A stretch of 47,270 nucleotides of DNA from an uncultured Chromatiaceae bacterium (GCA_964391025.1 CAYMKJ010000226.1:1-47270), one strand, 5' to 3'. Shown: positions 28,093-38,185, numbered from the stretch's first letter. Notes: a model not told the origin generated them from the letters alone. A program made the numbers and translations.

Positions 28093-28167
28093 GGTACCGG
28101 ACACTTAGTTATTTGGTTTTTGTTAGTTATTGGCTCCGAATAACTAACAAAACTAAGGTCCGGTACC
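28093..28167. terminator. 75-nt A/T-rich imperfect hairpin immediately 3' of pntB
   Basis: The outer stem GGTACCGGAC(A)CTTAGTT pairs with AACTAAGGTCCGGTACC. The inner stem TTGTTAGTTATT pairs with AATAACTAACAA. The loop is GGCTCCG. TTTTCT follows on the + strand. The hairpin ends 4 nt before the pntB stop codon. Confidence 0.5.
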
Positions 28168-28171
28168 TTTT

Positions 28172-29554
28172 CTAGAGCGCCTTGACGGCCTGGATCAGCG
28201 CCGCGGCCATGGCCTGGCCGTCGCCGTAAAGCATGTGAGTGTTGTCGAGGAAGAACAGGCCGTTCTCGATGCCGGAAAAGCCGGTGCCCTTGCCGCGCTT
28301 GATGACAATAACGTTCTTTGCCTTGTCCGCGTTCAGGATCGGCATGCCATAGATGGGGCTCGACTTGTCCGTGCGGGCAGCAGGGTTTACCACGTCGTTG
28401 GCGCCGATGATGAGGGCGACATCGGTGTTGTCGAACTCGGCATTGATCTCGGATTCGTCGTAGATGACGTCGTAGGGCACACCCGCTTCCGCGAGCAGCA
28501 CATTCATGTGGCCGGGCATGCGGCCCGCCACCGGGTGAATGGCGAACTTCACCGTGACGCCACGTTCCCGCAACAGCTTGGCCAGTTCCCACACTTTGTG
28601 CTGGGCCTGGGCCACCGCCATGCCGTAGCCGGGGACGATGATCACCTTCTGCGCGAAGGCCATCATCACGCCCACATCGGCGGCGTCGATGCCCTTCATG
28701 GTGCCGCTCACATCGCCCTGGGCGCCAACCGTATCGCCGAAGCCGGAGAACAGCACGTTGGCCAGCGAACGGTTCATGGCCCTGGCCATCAGCTGGGTGA
28801 GCAGTGTGCCGGCAGAGCCGACCACCATGCCCGCAATGATCATGGCGGCGTTGTTGAGCACGAAGCCCTCGAAGGCGACTGCGAGACCGGTGAGCGCGTT
28901 GTAGAGCGAGATCACCACCGGCATGTCGGCGCCGCCGATGGGCAGCGTCATGGTCACGCCAAGAATCAGTGCCAGGCCAAAGAACAGCGTGACCAGGCCG
29001 GGAGAGGGACCTGCGGCAGCAAACACCAGCGCCACGCCCACCAGCACCGAGGCCAGCAGCACCGCCAGGTTGACGAAGTTCTGCCCGCGAAACCGGAATG
29101 AGCGCTTGATGAGATCCTGCAGCTTGCCAAAGGCGATCAGGCTGCCCGAGAAGGACACCGCGCCGATGAGTCCGCCAAGCACGGCCAGAGCCGAGACGAC
29201 GATGGAGTGTGCCTCGCCCCTGAACAGCTCCAGCGCGGCGATGGCCGCCGCCGCGCCGCCGCCCATGCCGTTGTAGAGCGCGATCATCTGGGGCATGTCG
29301 GTCATCGCAACGCGCCTGCCGGTGACCCAGGCCACGCCGCCGCCCAGCGCGATGGCGAGCAGTATGAGCACGAAGTTGCTTAAGCCAGGCGTGAAGAAAG
29401 TGGCGAGCGTGGCCACCGCCATACCGGCGCCGGCCCAGACGATGCCGCCCCGGGCCGTGACCGGGGAGCTCATGCGCTTCAGGCCGGTGATGAACAGGAA
29501 CGCAGCGAGCAGGTAGCTCACCGACACGAGTGTCGTTGCTATTCCACCGTTCAT
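28172..29554 (-). CDS. pntB: NAD(P) transhydrogenase subunit beta
   Basis: 460 aa, a multi-TM N-terminal half plus the C-terminal NADP(H) domain (GYGMAVAQAQH...). Confidence 0.95.
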   Translation of the reverse strand: MNGGIATTLVSVSYLLAAFLFITGLKRMSSPVTARGGIVWAGAGMAVATLATFFTPGLSNFVLILLAIALGGGVAWVTGRRVAMTDMPQMIALYNGMGGGAAAAIAALELFRGEAHSIVVSALAVLGGLIGAVSFSGSLIAFGKLQDLIKRSFRFRGQNFVNLAVLLASVLVGVALVFAAAGPSPGLVTLFFGLALILGVTMTLPIGGADMPVVISLYNALTGLAVAFEGFVLNNAAMIIAGMVVGSAGTLLTQLMARAMNRSLANVLFSGFGDTVGAQGDVSGTMKGIDAADVGVMMAFAQKVIIVPGYGMAVAQAQHKVWELAKLLRERGVTVKFAIHPVAGRMPGHMNVLLAEAGVPYDVIYDESEINAEFDNTDVALIIGANDVVNPAARTDKSSPIYGMPILNADKAKNVIVIKRGKGTGFSGIENGLFFLDNTHMLYGDGQAMAAALIQAVKAL

Positions 29555-29889
29555 CAGTGGGTCTTCCCGCCTGTCTGGCCGCTTGTCTGGCCGCCGCCCT
29601 GGCCGCCCGGCTTGCTGGACTTGAACATCTCCAGCATCCGCTCGGTCACGACGTAGCCGCCCACCGCGTTGCCCGCGGCCAGCGCGACGCCCAGGAAGCC
29701 AATAACCAGTTGCAGAGTGCTATCAGCCCGACCCAGGGCGACCATGGCGCCGACCAGGACGATGCCGTGCACGAAGTTGGAACCGGACATCAGCGGCGTA
29801 TGGAGGATCGTCGGGACCCGGCCGATCACTTCATAGCCGGTGAAGGCGGCGAGCATGAAGATATAGAGCGCAATGAAGCCGTCGATCAT
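29554..29889 (-). CDS. pntAB: NAD(P) transhydrogenase subunit alpha, part 2 (membrane)
   Basis: 111-aa hydrophobic protein lying between pntAA and pntB, with a 1-nt overlap with the pntB start. Confidence 0.9.
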   Translation of the reverse strand: MIDGFIALYIFMLAAFTGYEVIGRVPTILHTPLMSGSNFVHGIVLVGAMVALGRADSTLQLVIGFLGVALAAGNAVGGYVVTERMLEMFKSSKPGGQGGGQTSGQTGGKTH

Positions 29890-29902
29890 TTTCTGGCTCG
29901 AT

Positions 29903-31030
29903 TCAGGTGAGGGCCTTGCGGGTGGGCTCGTGGCGGATGGTCCCGTCGTGGGTCAGCACTGCCCCGGCGAAGACCTCATCGCTCCAGTCGATGGCCAGCT
30001 CGCCGTCCTTGTTGATGGCCGGCGAGAGGAAGTTGAAAAGGTTGCGGGCATACATCTCGCTGGCGTGGCGGGGCACGCTGGCCGCCAGGTTCACCGGGCC
30101 GATGATGGTGACCCCCTGGTGCACGACCGTCTCGCCGGCCCTGGTGAGTTCGCAGTTGCCGCCGCTCTCGGCCCCCAGGTCCACAATCACGGCACCGGGC
30201 CTCATGCGCTCGACGGTGGCCCGATCGATGAGTCGCGGCGCGGAGCGGCCGGGCACCGCGGCGGTGGTGATCACCAGATCCGCCTTCGCCACCCGATCGT
30301 TCACCACGGCCTGCTGCTTCTGGCGCTCTTCTGCGTTGAGCTCCCGGGCGTAGCCACCGGCGCCGTCGGCCGTTACGCCCGTGTCGACAAACTTCGCGCC
30401 GAGCGATTCCACCTGCTCCTTTGTGGCCGCGCGCACGTCGAAGGCCTCGACCACAGCACCGAGCCGGCGGGCGGTGGCAATAGCCTGCAGTCCGGCAACG
30501 CCGGCGCCCATGATGAGGGCCTGCGATGGACGGATGGTTCCCGCGGCGGTCGTGAGCATGGGCAGGAACTTGTCCAGCGCCGCGGCGCCAACCAACACGG
30601 CCTTGTAGCCGGCCACAGCGGCCTGGGAGGAGAGCGCGTCCATGGACTGGGCCCGGGAAATACGTGGCACCAGCTCCATGGCGAAGCTGGTGATGTTGCG
30701 TTCGCAAAAGACGCGAATCAGGTCCTTCTGCAGATGGGGCTGAAGGTAGCCCACCACGACCGAGCCCGGCTTCAGCGCGGCCACTTCTGCCAGGGCTGGG
30801 GGCCGCACCCGGAGCAACACGCCCGCTGCGGCCAGCACGGCCCCCGCGCTGTCCAGGATGGTGGCTGCGCCCTCAAAATCCCTATCGACGAAGCGGGACT
30901 GGTCGGCGGCACCGGCCTCGATGAGCACCCGGGCCTTGGCATTGGCGAGCTTCCTCGCCACCTCGGGCACGATGGCGACCCGGGCCTCACCTGGCGCAGT
31001 TTCCCGGATCACGCCAATGGTGACTGGCAT
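29903..31030 (-). CDS. pntAA: NAD(P) transhydrogenase subunit alpha, part 1
   Basis: Alanine-dehydrogenase-like fold with the NAD loop GAGVAGLQAI. The ATG at 31030 is preceded by GGGAG and is preferred over the TTG at 31048. Confidence 0.9.
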   Translation of the reverse strand: MPVTIGVIRETAPGEARVAIVPEVARKLANAKARVLIEAGAADQSRFVDRDFEGAATILDSAGAVLAAAGVLLRVRPPALAEVAALKPGSVVVGYLQPHLQKDLIRVFCERNITSFAMELVPRISRAQSMDALSSQAAVAGYKAVLVGAAALDKFLPMLTTAAGTIRPSQALIMGAGVAGLQAIATARRLGAVVEAFDVRAATKEQVESLGAKFVDTGVTADGAGGYARELNAEERQKQQAVVNDRVAKADLVITTAAVPGRSAPRLIDRATVERMRPGAVIVDLGAESGGNCELTRAGETVVHQGVTIIGPVNLAASVPRHASEMYARNLFNFLSPAINKDGELAIDWSDEVFAGAVLTHDGTIRHEPTRKALT

Positions 31031-31176
31031 GAGAGACGTCACTCCCAAAAACGAGCGGGCGGCCGGCCGGCAGCCCGGATAACGCGCAGGATCATGACAG
31101 AAGGAGTGTGACCGGGGAAATTTGATTTTTGCCCGGGAACCCGCAATATACGGGCGCGGCAGGGTCGACCCTCAAT

Positions 31177-31812
31177 ATGTTGTACCTCCACGACGAAGTC
31201 AGCGATTTCTCCCAGCAGGTCCTCCGGACCGATGTGGCTGGTATGCCGCTTGAGTGGATCGATTACCGGGACGCCGTCCGCCTCTACTACCTGGAGCAGG
31301 TGGCCTACAGCTGCGGGTCGCCGCTGTTTCGCATCCACGGGGGCTTCAACGCCCGGAAACAGCAGCAGAGCTGCATCGAGGTGAGTTCCATCGTGGCCAC
31401 GGTCGGGCGCTCGCCGGAGGTGGCCGAGCTCATGGACTGCTACGTTCCGCCGCTGAACAACAAGACCCTGTTCCGGCGCGACTCCAACCTGTGCCTCTAT
31501 TGTGGCCACCAGTTCCCCGTCCGGGATCTCACGCGGGACCATGTGCGGCCACTCTCGAAAGGTGGCGGCGATACCTGGAACAACGTGGTTACAGCCTGCC
31601 GGCGCTGCAACAACCACAAGGGCGGCCACACCCCGGAGCAGGCCCACATGCAGCTGGTCGCGGTGCCGTTCACACCGACCTACGCCGAGTACATCTATCT
31701 GAAGGGCCGCCGGGTGCTGGCGGACCAGATGGAGTTCCTCCTGGCGCATATTCCCCGCACCAGTCCGCTGCACCAGCGGCTGGCGTCCAGCCTCAAGAGA
31801 GCCGTGGCTTAA
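31177..31812 (+). CDS. HNH endonuclease family protein
   Basis: HNH core CLYCGHQF...LTRDHVRPLSKGGGDTWNNVVTACRRCNNHKG. The start is the ATG at 31177 (the track ORF opens at the TTG at 31129). Confidence 0.8.
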   Translation: MLYLHDEVSDFSQQVLRTDVAGMPLEWIDYRDAVRLYYLEQVAYSCGSPLFRIHGGFNARKQQQSCIEVSSIVATVGRSPEVAELMDCYVPPLNNKTLFRRDSNLCLYCGHQFPVRDLTRDHVRPLSKGGGDTWNNVVTACRRCNNHKGGHTPEQAHMQLVAVPFTPTYAEYIYLKGRRVLADQMEFLLAHIPRTSPLHQRLASSLKRAVA

Positions 31813-31881
31813 CCCCGTTTCGGCGTCCCCGGCGTTTACAGACTCCAGAGGCCGCCCCGTCGGGCGGCGGAGTCGCGTACC

Positions 31882-33657
31882 GTGAACAAGCACCTGCTTC
31901 GCCTCGCCGTGCTGTCCCTGCTGTTGTCGGCCTGCAGCCTCAGCGAAGACCAGAAGTCCCCCGTAGGAGCGCCGACCGGCGCCACCCCATCTTCTGTAGA
32001 CAACGTCCGGGAACAGGAAGAGACGGTCGTGGCTAAAGCCGCTCCTGCCGAAGCTACCGTCCAGCGCAGCATCGCCGGGGCCGCGATGCAGGACCGGGCG
32101 ATGCTCGCTCCCGCACCGCCCTGTTGCTTCCCCATCTACAGCCCCGAGGATCGGGAGAATTATGAGCACTTCACCGAGAACCCGGTGAAGCTGGCCAGCG
32201 AGCAGCCCGTGTCCACCTTCAGCATCGACGTGGACACCGGTTCCTACGCCAATGTCCGCCGCTTCCTCAACTCAGGCTCGCTGCCGCCGGAAGACGCGGT
32301 GCGGGTGGAGGAGCTGATCAACTACTTTGGCTACGACTACCCGGTGCCATCGAGTCGCGACCGGCCGTTCTCCGTAACGACGACGCTGGCACCGGCACCG
32401 TGGAACAAGGAGAAGGTGCTGCTGCAGGTGGGTCTGAAGGGCTATGAAATAACTGCTGAGCGGCGTGCCTCCGCCAACCTGGTGTTTCTGATCGACGTGT
32501 CCGGCTCCATGCAGGATCCGAACAAGCTGCCGTTGCTGAAGAGCGCCTTCCGGCTGCTCACCCGGCAATTGCAGGCCAGCGACCGCATCGCGCTGGTCGT
32601 CTACGCGGGCGCGGCGGGCGCGGTTCTTGCCCCCACGCCCGGCAATGAGCAGGCGACGATCAGCGCTGCTCTCGACCAGCTTGAAGCGGGCGGCAGCACT
32701 AACGGCGTCGGCGGCATCCGGCTGGCCTACGACTTTGCGCGGCAGAGCTTCATCAAGGGTGGCATCAACCGCATCGTTCTGGCCACGGATGGCGACTTCA
32801 ACGTGGGCCTCACGGACTTCGACTCGCTGATCGACATGGTCGAGCGGGAGCGGGAGGGCGGCGTGTCACTGACCACCCTCGGCGTTGGCACTGGCAATTA
32901 CAACGAAGAACTGCTGGAGCGCCTGGCTGACGCCGGCAACGGTAACTACGCCTACATCGACACGCTGAACGAAGCGCGCAAGGTGCTCGTGGAGCAGCTG
33001 TCCGGCACGCTCCAGACCATTGCGAAGGACGTGAAGATCCAGGTGGAGTTCAATCCCGCCGCCGTGGCCGAGTACCGCCTGATCGGCTACGAGAACCGCA
33101 TCCTGCGCCGGGAAGACTTCAACAACGATCGCGTCGACGCGGGCGATATCGGTGCCGGCCACACTGTAACTGCGCTGTACGAGCTGACTCTGAACGACAG
33201 CCCTGCCCGGCTCATCGATCCGCTCCGTTACAGCAAGGCGCAGCAGCTTGCGTCCGAGCCCGCACGGATCGGCGTCGCTGCCGAGCTGGCGAACGTCCGC
33301 TTGCGCTACAAGGCGCCGGATGGCAGCACGAGCCGGCTCATCGAGCAGACTGTGCGGCGGGCCGACATCCGCGCCCTGGCAGATCTGCCGGCCGGCCAGT
33401 CCCGGGACCTGCGGTTCGCGGCTGCCGTCGCGGCTTTCGGTCAGAAACTCCGGGGCGGGGAGTATCTCGCGGACTTCGATTACGGGGCTATCGCGCAGCT
33501 CGCTGCCGGCGCGCGGGGCGACGACCCCAACGGCTATCGCAGCGAGTTTCTGTCCCTTGTGAAGCTGGCTGACAGCCTGGCGCCGGGCGTCGCCCGTCCC
33601 ACCGACGTCCCGGAAGCCGGGGACGAATCGGCCCTCGGACCACAGGTGCGACGTTAG
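31882..33657 (+). CDS. von Willebrand factor type A domain lipoprotein (YfbK-like)
   Basis: Lipobox LLLSAC, the vWA N-terminal module (FSIDVDTGSYANVRRFL), and the MIDAS motif LIDVSGSM. 591 aa. Confidence 0.85.
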   Translation: MNKHLLRLAVLSLLLSACSLSEDQKSPVGAPTGATPSSVDNVREQEETVVAKAAPAEATVQRSIAGAAMQDRAMLAPAPPCCFPIYSPEDRENYEHFTENPVKLASEQPVSTFSIDVDTGSYANVRRFLNSGSLPPEDAVRVEELINYFGYDYPVPSSRDRPFSVTTTLAPAPWNKEKVLLQVGLKGYEITAERRASANLVFLIDVSGSMQDPNKLPLLKSAFRLLTRQLQASDRIALVVYAGAAGAVLAPTPGNEQATISAALDQLEAGGSTNGVGGIRLAYDFARQSFIKGGINRIVLATDGDFNVGLTDFDSLIDMVEREREGGVSLTTLGVGTGNYNEELLERLADAGNGNYAYIDTLNEARKVLVEQLSGTLQTIAKDVKIQVEFNPAAVAEYRLIGYENRILRREDFNNDRVDAGDIGAGHTVTALYELTLNDSPARLIDPLRYSKAQQLASEPARIGVAAELANVRLRYKAPDGSTSRLIEQTVRRADIRALADLPAGQSRDLRFAAAVAAFGQKLRGGEYLADFDYGAIAQLAAGARGDDPNGYRSEFLSLVKLADSLAPGVARPTDVPEAGDESALGPQVRR

Positions 33658-33695
33658 TCACAGCGGACCCGTTTTCCCGCCGGGCCGGCTGGCAT

Positions 33696-34367
33696 ATGCT
33701 GACGGTTATGGTGGAAGAAACCGACGACGCAAAGCTGATGACCCGGTACGCAATCGGCGACGTCGCGGCGTTCGAGACGGTGTACGCCCGCCACAAGGGC
33801 CCGCTGTATCGTTATTTCTTCCGCCAATGTGGCAATCCGGACACCGCCGACGAACTTTTTCAGGACGTTTGGCTCCGGATCGTCAAGGCTCGTGAGCGCT
33901 ACGAACCGAAGGCCCGCTTCACAACTTACCTGTACCAGGTCGCGCACAACTGCCTGGTAGATCACTTCCGTAAGGCTGGTCGCTCACTCACAGACGGCAC
34001 CGGACAGTCGGCGGCGGAGGCAATTGCCGACCCGTTTGCACAGGAGCTTGACCCGGCCTTCGCTTCGGCCCGCTGGTCCATCGTGGACTGGCAGCAGGCG
34101 CAGGAGGACCCGTCGCCCGGTCCGGAGGCGGCCAGCTCCGGCGAAGAGCGTGCGGCACGCCTGCGGTCGGCCCTGGACGCCCTGCCCCTTGAGCAACGGG
34201 AGGCGTTCCTGCTGCATGAGGAAGCAGAGATGGGCCTCGCCGATATTGCCGCCGTGACCGGCGCGAACGCGGAAACCGTGAAGAGCCGCCTGCGCTACGC
34301 GGTGAAGAAGCTGCGGAGCACGCTCGGCGATCTGGCGCCCGCCGCCGCCCGGGGAGGTCTTTCATGA
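33696..34367 (+). CDS. ECF-type RNA polymerase sigma factor
   Basis: Sigma-2 region (FETVYARHKGPLYRYF...DVWLRIV) and sigma-4 region (LPLEQREAFLLHEEAEMGLADIAAVTGANAETVKSRL). Confidence 0.85.
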   Translation: MLTVMVEETDDAKLMTRYAIGDVAAFETVYARHKGPLYRYFFRQCGNPDTADELFQDVWLRIVKARERYEPKARFTTYLYQVAHNCLVDHFRKAGRSLTDGTGQSAAEAIADPFAQELDPAFASARWSIVDWQQAQEDPSPGPEAASSGEERAARLRSALDALPLEQREAFLLHEEAEMGLADIAAVTGANAETVKSRLRYAVKKLRSTLGDLAPAAARGGLS

Positions 34368-35347
34368 GTACCGGCAATACGCCTCGGGACGACGCTGAGC
34401 TGGGGGCCTTCCTGCGCCGTCGGTCCTCCATCACCACCGATTACGACGCTCTCGAACTGGTCGAACCGTCAGCCGCCCTGGACGCGAAGGTCCTTGCAGT
34501 AGCGAAGGCCGCCGCAGTTTCTGCCAAGCAGCACGCCGAGGTAATTGTGCTGGAAGCTGCCCCGCAACCGGCGGCCCCGACGCCCAGTCTGGTGCACCCA
34601 GTGGTTGCCAACCGCGCCGCTGGGGCGAGTTCGGCCATTCCCTCCAACCCGGCCCAGCGGCGCGAGCGGCCCCGCCCCCCGACGCTGACGACTGACGACG
34701 CTGACGGCGCTGACGGCGCACCACCGTCCCGTCGCCCGACCCGGCTGGTGCCGGCGGCCCTCGCCGCGAGCGTGCTGGTGGCCGTGGGTGTGGGACTCAC
34801 AGTGTTCATGAATTCGCCCTCTGACCAGAGCTACCCCCCGCTCGACGGGTCACTTTTCGCGACGCGCGCGCGGGAGCGCGCTGAGGCGTCCAAGGCCGCC
34901 GCCGCGGCTTCTGCGGAGCAGGACGCCAAGGTTGTTGTGATGGAAGCTCCACCTCTGCCGTCGCCGCCCCTCTTCGAATCCGAGGGTCCACAGATCCAGG
35001 ATCTGAAGGCAGCGATCGCCATAATCCGCAAAGAACTGGTGCGGGTGAACCAGACAGTCGTGGCGACTGAGGAAGTTGAGGCCCGTCTGGGAACGAGCCG
35101 GACGGCGACCCTCGCCGCCCGGGACAAGCAGTTGGCACCGCCGGCGGGCAACCTGACCGACACGGCCTCTGCGGTCGTTCCGGCGGCTCCCCCGAGCGTC
35201 ATTCAGCCCCGCGAGGGCCGGCTCGGCAGGATTCTCGAACTCTACGATGGCGGCAATCCCGATCTGGCCGCCGACTCCCTCGAGATCTTCCTGCGGGATT
35301 TCGCGGACGACCCGATCAGTCAGCGCATCCTCGCCGGCAAGCCATAA
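34364..35347 (+). CDS. putative anti-sigma factor / membrane protein
   Basis: ATGA overlap with the sigma gene. It has a single TM segment (LVPAALAASVLVAVGVGLTVF) and Ala/Pro-rich low-complexity regions. The function is inferred from position only. Confidence 0.5.
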   Translation: MSTGNTPRDDAELGAFLRRRSSITTDYDALELVEPSAALDAKVLAVAKAAAVSAKQHAEVIVLEAAPQPAAPTPSLVHPVVANRAAGASSAIPSNPAQRRERPRPPTLTTDDADGADGAPPSRRPTRLVPAALAASVLVAVGVGLTVFMNSPSDQSYPPLDGSLFATRARERAEASKAAAAASAEQDAKVVVMEAPPLPSPPLFESEGPQIQDLKAAIAIIRKELVRVNQTVVATEEVEARLGTSRTATLAARDKQLAPPAGNLTDTASAVVPAAPPSVIQPREGRLGRILELYDGGNPDLAADSLEIFLRDFADDPISQRILAGKP

Positions 35348-35374
35348 CGCCGCGCCGCTCGGGTGGAGTAGTTT

Positions 35375-37345
35375 GTGACCAACATAGAGTCCGTCCTGCA
35401 CGAGACCCGCAAGTTCCCGCCATCGCCTGCCTTCACGGCGGGTGCCCGCATCCAGCCCGCCGATTTCGCGGCCCTCAACGCCGAGGCCGCCCGGGACTAT
35501 CTGGCCTTCTGGGGCCGGCTCGCGAGGGAGGAGTTGCGCTGGCACGTGCCATTCACGCAGATCCTCGATGATTCGAAGGCGCCCAACTATGCGTGGTTCA
35601 CGGATGGCGTGATCAACGCGTCGTTTAATTGCCTCGACGTGCACCTGGCTGCGCATGGGGGCGAGCGCGACGACAAACCCGCGATCGTCTTCGAGGGCGA
35701 GGCCGGGGATGCCCGGACGCTGACCTACCGGCAGCTCACGGCCGAGGTCTGCCAGTTCGCCAACGCGCTGAAGGCCCAGGGCATCCGTCCCGGCGATCGT
35801 GTGGTCATCTACCTGCCGATGGTGCCGGAGGCCGTGATTGCCATGCAGGCCTGCGCCCGCATCGGCGCCACCCACTCCGTCGTTTTCGGCGGCTTCTCGG
35901 CCAACTCTCTCCGGGACCGGATCGAGGATGCGGGCACCAGAATGGTGATCACCGCCGACGGCGGCTGGCGCGCTGGCAAGGCGATCGAACTCAAACAGGC
36001 AGTGGACGAAGCACTGGCCAGCGGCTGCGAGACGGTCGAGAAAGTCATAGTGCTGAAGCGCACCGGCGAATCCGTGCCGATGCAGACAGGTCGCGACCTC
36101 TGGTGGTCTGACGCCGTGCGGGGCCAGGTGACGGAGTGCGAGCCCACCTGGGTGAACGCGGAGCACCCGCTCTACTTGCTCTACACCTCCGGCTCCACCG
36201 GCAAGCCGAAGGGCGTCCAGCATTCAACGGCAGGCTACCTGCTCAACGCCAAGCTCACCTCCAAATGGATCTTCGACTTCCGCGAGGACGACGTCTTCTG
36301 GTGCACAGCGGACGTGGGCTGGGTCACCGGCCACACCTATGTGTGCTACGGGCCGCTGGCGGCCGGCGCGACGATCGTCATGTACGAGGGCGCCCCTCTG
36401 TATCCCGATGCGGGCCGTTTCTGGAGCATCTGCGAACGCCTCGGCGTGACCATCTTCTACACAGCGCCCACGGCGATCCGCGCGCTGATGAAGCTGGGGG
36501 ATGAGTTCCCGAACAAGTACGACCTGTCGAAGCTGCGCCTGCTGGGCACGGTGGGCGAGCCGATCAATCCGGAGGCCTGGATCTGGTATCACACGGTGAT
36601 CGGCAGGTCGCGCTGCCCTATCGTGGACACCTGGTGGCAGACGGAAACGGGGGCCGCGATGCTCAGCCCGCTACCGGGCGTGACGGCCACCAAGCCGGGT
36701 TCCTGCACCACGCCGATTCCCGGTATCGACATGGCGATCGTGGATGAGAACGGCGACCCGGTGACGGATCCGGACCAGGGCGGCTGGCTGGTGGTGCGCA
36801 AACCCTGGCCGTCCATGCTGCGCACGATCTGGGGCGACAACGAACGCTACCTCTCGACCTATTGGGCGAAGTTCAACAACCGCTACTACGTCGCGGGCGA
36901 CACGGCGCACCGGGATGCGGATGGCTATTTCTGGGTGATGGGCCGGGCAGACGATGTACTGAAGGTCTCCGGTCACCGGCTGGGCCCGAGGGAAGTGGAG
37001 AGTGCCGTCGTGGCCCATCCGCGAGTCGCGGAGGCGGCCGTGGTGAGCCGCCAACACGAGATCAAGGGCGAGTCGATTTTCGCTTACGTGGTGCTGAAGG
37101 GGGTGCGGCCCACGGGCAAGGACGCGGAGAAGCTGGCCGCCGAGCTGCGCGAGTTCGTGGGCAAGGAGCTCGGCGCCATCGCCAAGCCCGACGACATTCG
37201 CTTTGCCGACAATCTGCCGAAGACCCGGTCGGGCAAGATCATGCGGCGGCTGTTGCGGGCGATCGCCCGGGGCGAGCCGATCACCCAGGACATCTCGACG
37301 CTGGAGAATCCGGCGATTGTGGAGCAGTTGCGGGGCGCGGAGTAG
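35375..37345 (+). CDS. acs: acetyl-CoA synthetase
   Basis: 656 aa, AMP-binding motif [13 protein letters not shown]-terminal [11 protein letters not shown]. Confidence 0.97.
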   Translation: MTNIESVLHETRKFPPSPAFTAGARIQPADFAALNAEAARDYLAFWGRLAREELRWHVPFTQILDDSKAPNYAWFTDGVINASFNCLDVHLAAHGGERDDKPAIVFEGEAGDARTLTYRQLTAEVCQFANALKAQGIRPGDRVVIYLPMVPEAVIAMQACARIGATHSVVFGGFSANSLRDRIEDAGTRMVITADGGWRAGKAIELKQAVDEALASGCETVEKVIVLKRTGESVPMQTGRDLWWSDAVRGQVTECEPTWVNAEHPLYLLYTSGSTGKPKGVQHSTAGYLLNAKLTSKWIFDFREDDVFWCTADVGWVTGHTYVCYGPLAAGATIVMYEGAPLYPDAGRFWSICERLGVTIFYTAPTAIRALMKLGDEFPNKYDLSKLRLLGTVGEPINPEAWIWYHTVIGRSRCPIVDTWWQTETGAAMLSPLPGVTATKPGSCTTPIPGIDMAIVDENGDPVTDPDQGGWLVVRKPWPSMLRTIWGDNERYLSTYWAKFNNRYYVAGDTAHRDADGYFWVMGRADDVLKVSGHRLGPREVESAVVAHPRVAEAAVVSRQHEIKGESIFAYVVLKGVRPTGKDAEKLAAELREFVGKELGAIAKPDDIRFADNLPKTRSGKIMRRLLRAIARGEPITQDISTLENPAIVEQLRGAE

Positions 37346-37377
37346 GCAAGTCCGGCGCGCGCGAGTGGCCGCGACCC

Positions 37378-37599
37378 TTAACTCAGAAGAAACTTCAGCG
37401 CTGCAATCACCACCTCATACCCGGGCCACCGACGCACACGTGGTAGGACGGCGATCTCGTCACCTTCACGCAAGGTGACGTAGTCGCCCTCAGCATCGCG
37501 TGCCTGGAAGGCGTGGACGTGGCCGCTGTCGGGGAGGTGGGGCTGGCCGACGGTGCCAACCTGTCCCTTGAGCACTCGCCGGCTTCGCTGAGTTGACAT
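37378..37599 (-). CDS. hypothetical small protein (73 aa)
   Basis: Open frame with mostly G/C-ending codons. Its ATG shares CATG with the divergent RDD gene start. No family was recognised. Confidence 0.3.
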   Translation of the reverse strand: MSTQRSRRVLKGQVGTVGQPHLPDSGHVHAFQARDAEGDYVTLREGDEIAVLPRVRRWPGYEVVIAALKFLLS

Positions 37600-38185
37600 G
37601 GCCAGGGACAATCCGGACCGTCCCTACGTTGGCTTCTGGAACCGGACCGCGGCCGCGCTGATTGATTCCGCGCTGATCCTTGTCATCACCCTGCCGCTCC
37701 AGCACCTGCTTTCGGGCGGTGAGCTGGGCTTGTCGAGCGTGCGGCCCACAAGTTTCTGGGACGTGATGGCGGGCTACGTGCTGCCTGCCGCGGCGACTCT
37801 CGTCTTCTGGAAGTACCGGTCGGCGACGCCCGGCAAGATGTTCATGTCTGCCGAAATTATTGATGCGGCAACGGGTGGCAAGCCCAGCACCCGGCAGCTC
37901 GTGCTTCGCTATGTGGGCTACTACCTCTCGACGTTGCCGCTGCTGCTCGGCTTCATCTGGGTGGCCGTCGATCCACACAAGCAGGGCTGGCACGACAAGC
38001 TGGCCGGCACGGCGGTGGTGAGCACCGCGCCCAATGCCGGGCCGGGCCGTTACGCGCGCACCTCGGCGCTGACCTACCTGCTGTGCGCGCCCGTCCTGCT
38101 GTTCATCCTGGCCCTGGTGGTCGTGGTGTTTGCCATCGCGCTCGACCCCGGCCGCCTGTCCACCGGGTTGCCCGACTTGCGCTAA
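37598..38185 (+). CDS. RDD family membrane protein
   Basis: YVGFWNRTAAALIDSALIL... and three or four TM segments typical of RDD. Confidence 0.8.
   Translation: MARDNPDRPYVGFWNRTAAALIDSALILVITLPLQHLLSGGELGLSSVRPTSFWDVMAGYVLPAAATLVFWKYRSATPGKMFMSAEIIDAATGGKPSTRQLVLRYVGYYLSTLPLLLGFIWVAVDPHKQGWHDKLAGTAVVSTAPNAGPGRYARTSALTYLLCAPVLLFILALVVVVFAIALDPGRLSTGLPDLR

Noticed and set aside
27795-28170. Chromosomal replication origin (oriC), suggested by DnaA boxes next to AT-rich DNA.
   Set aside because: There are only three boxes, I could find no repeated 13-mer-type unwinding element, and none of the usual neighbours (dnaA/dnaN, gidA/mioC, parAB) are present. A regulatory or DARS-like site is more parsimonious.
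27990-28175. 61-aa ORF inside the AT-rich spacer.
   Set aside because: Its 3' half is simply the two arms of the long hairpin. It has no coding-like codon bias and no ribosome-binding site.
31963-31973. The 11-mer GTAGGAGCGCC, identical to the REP head, inside the vWA gene (encoding PVGAPTG).
   Set aside because: No matching second arm is nearby. A single 11-mer match in GC-rich coding DNA may be chance, and this cannot be tested here.
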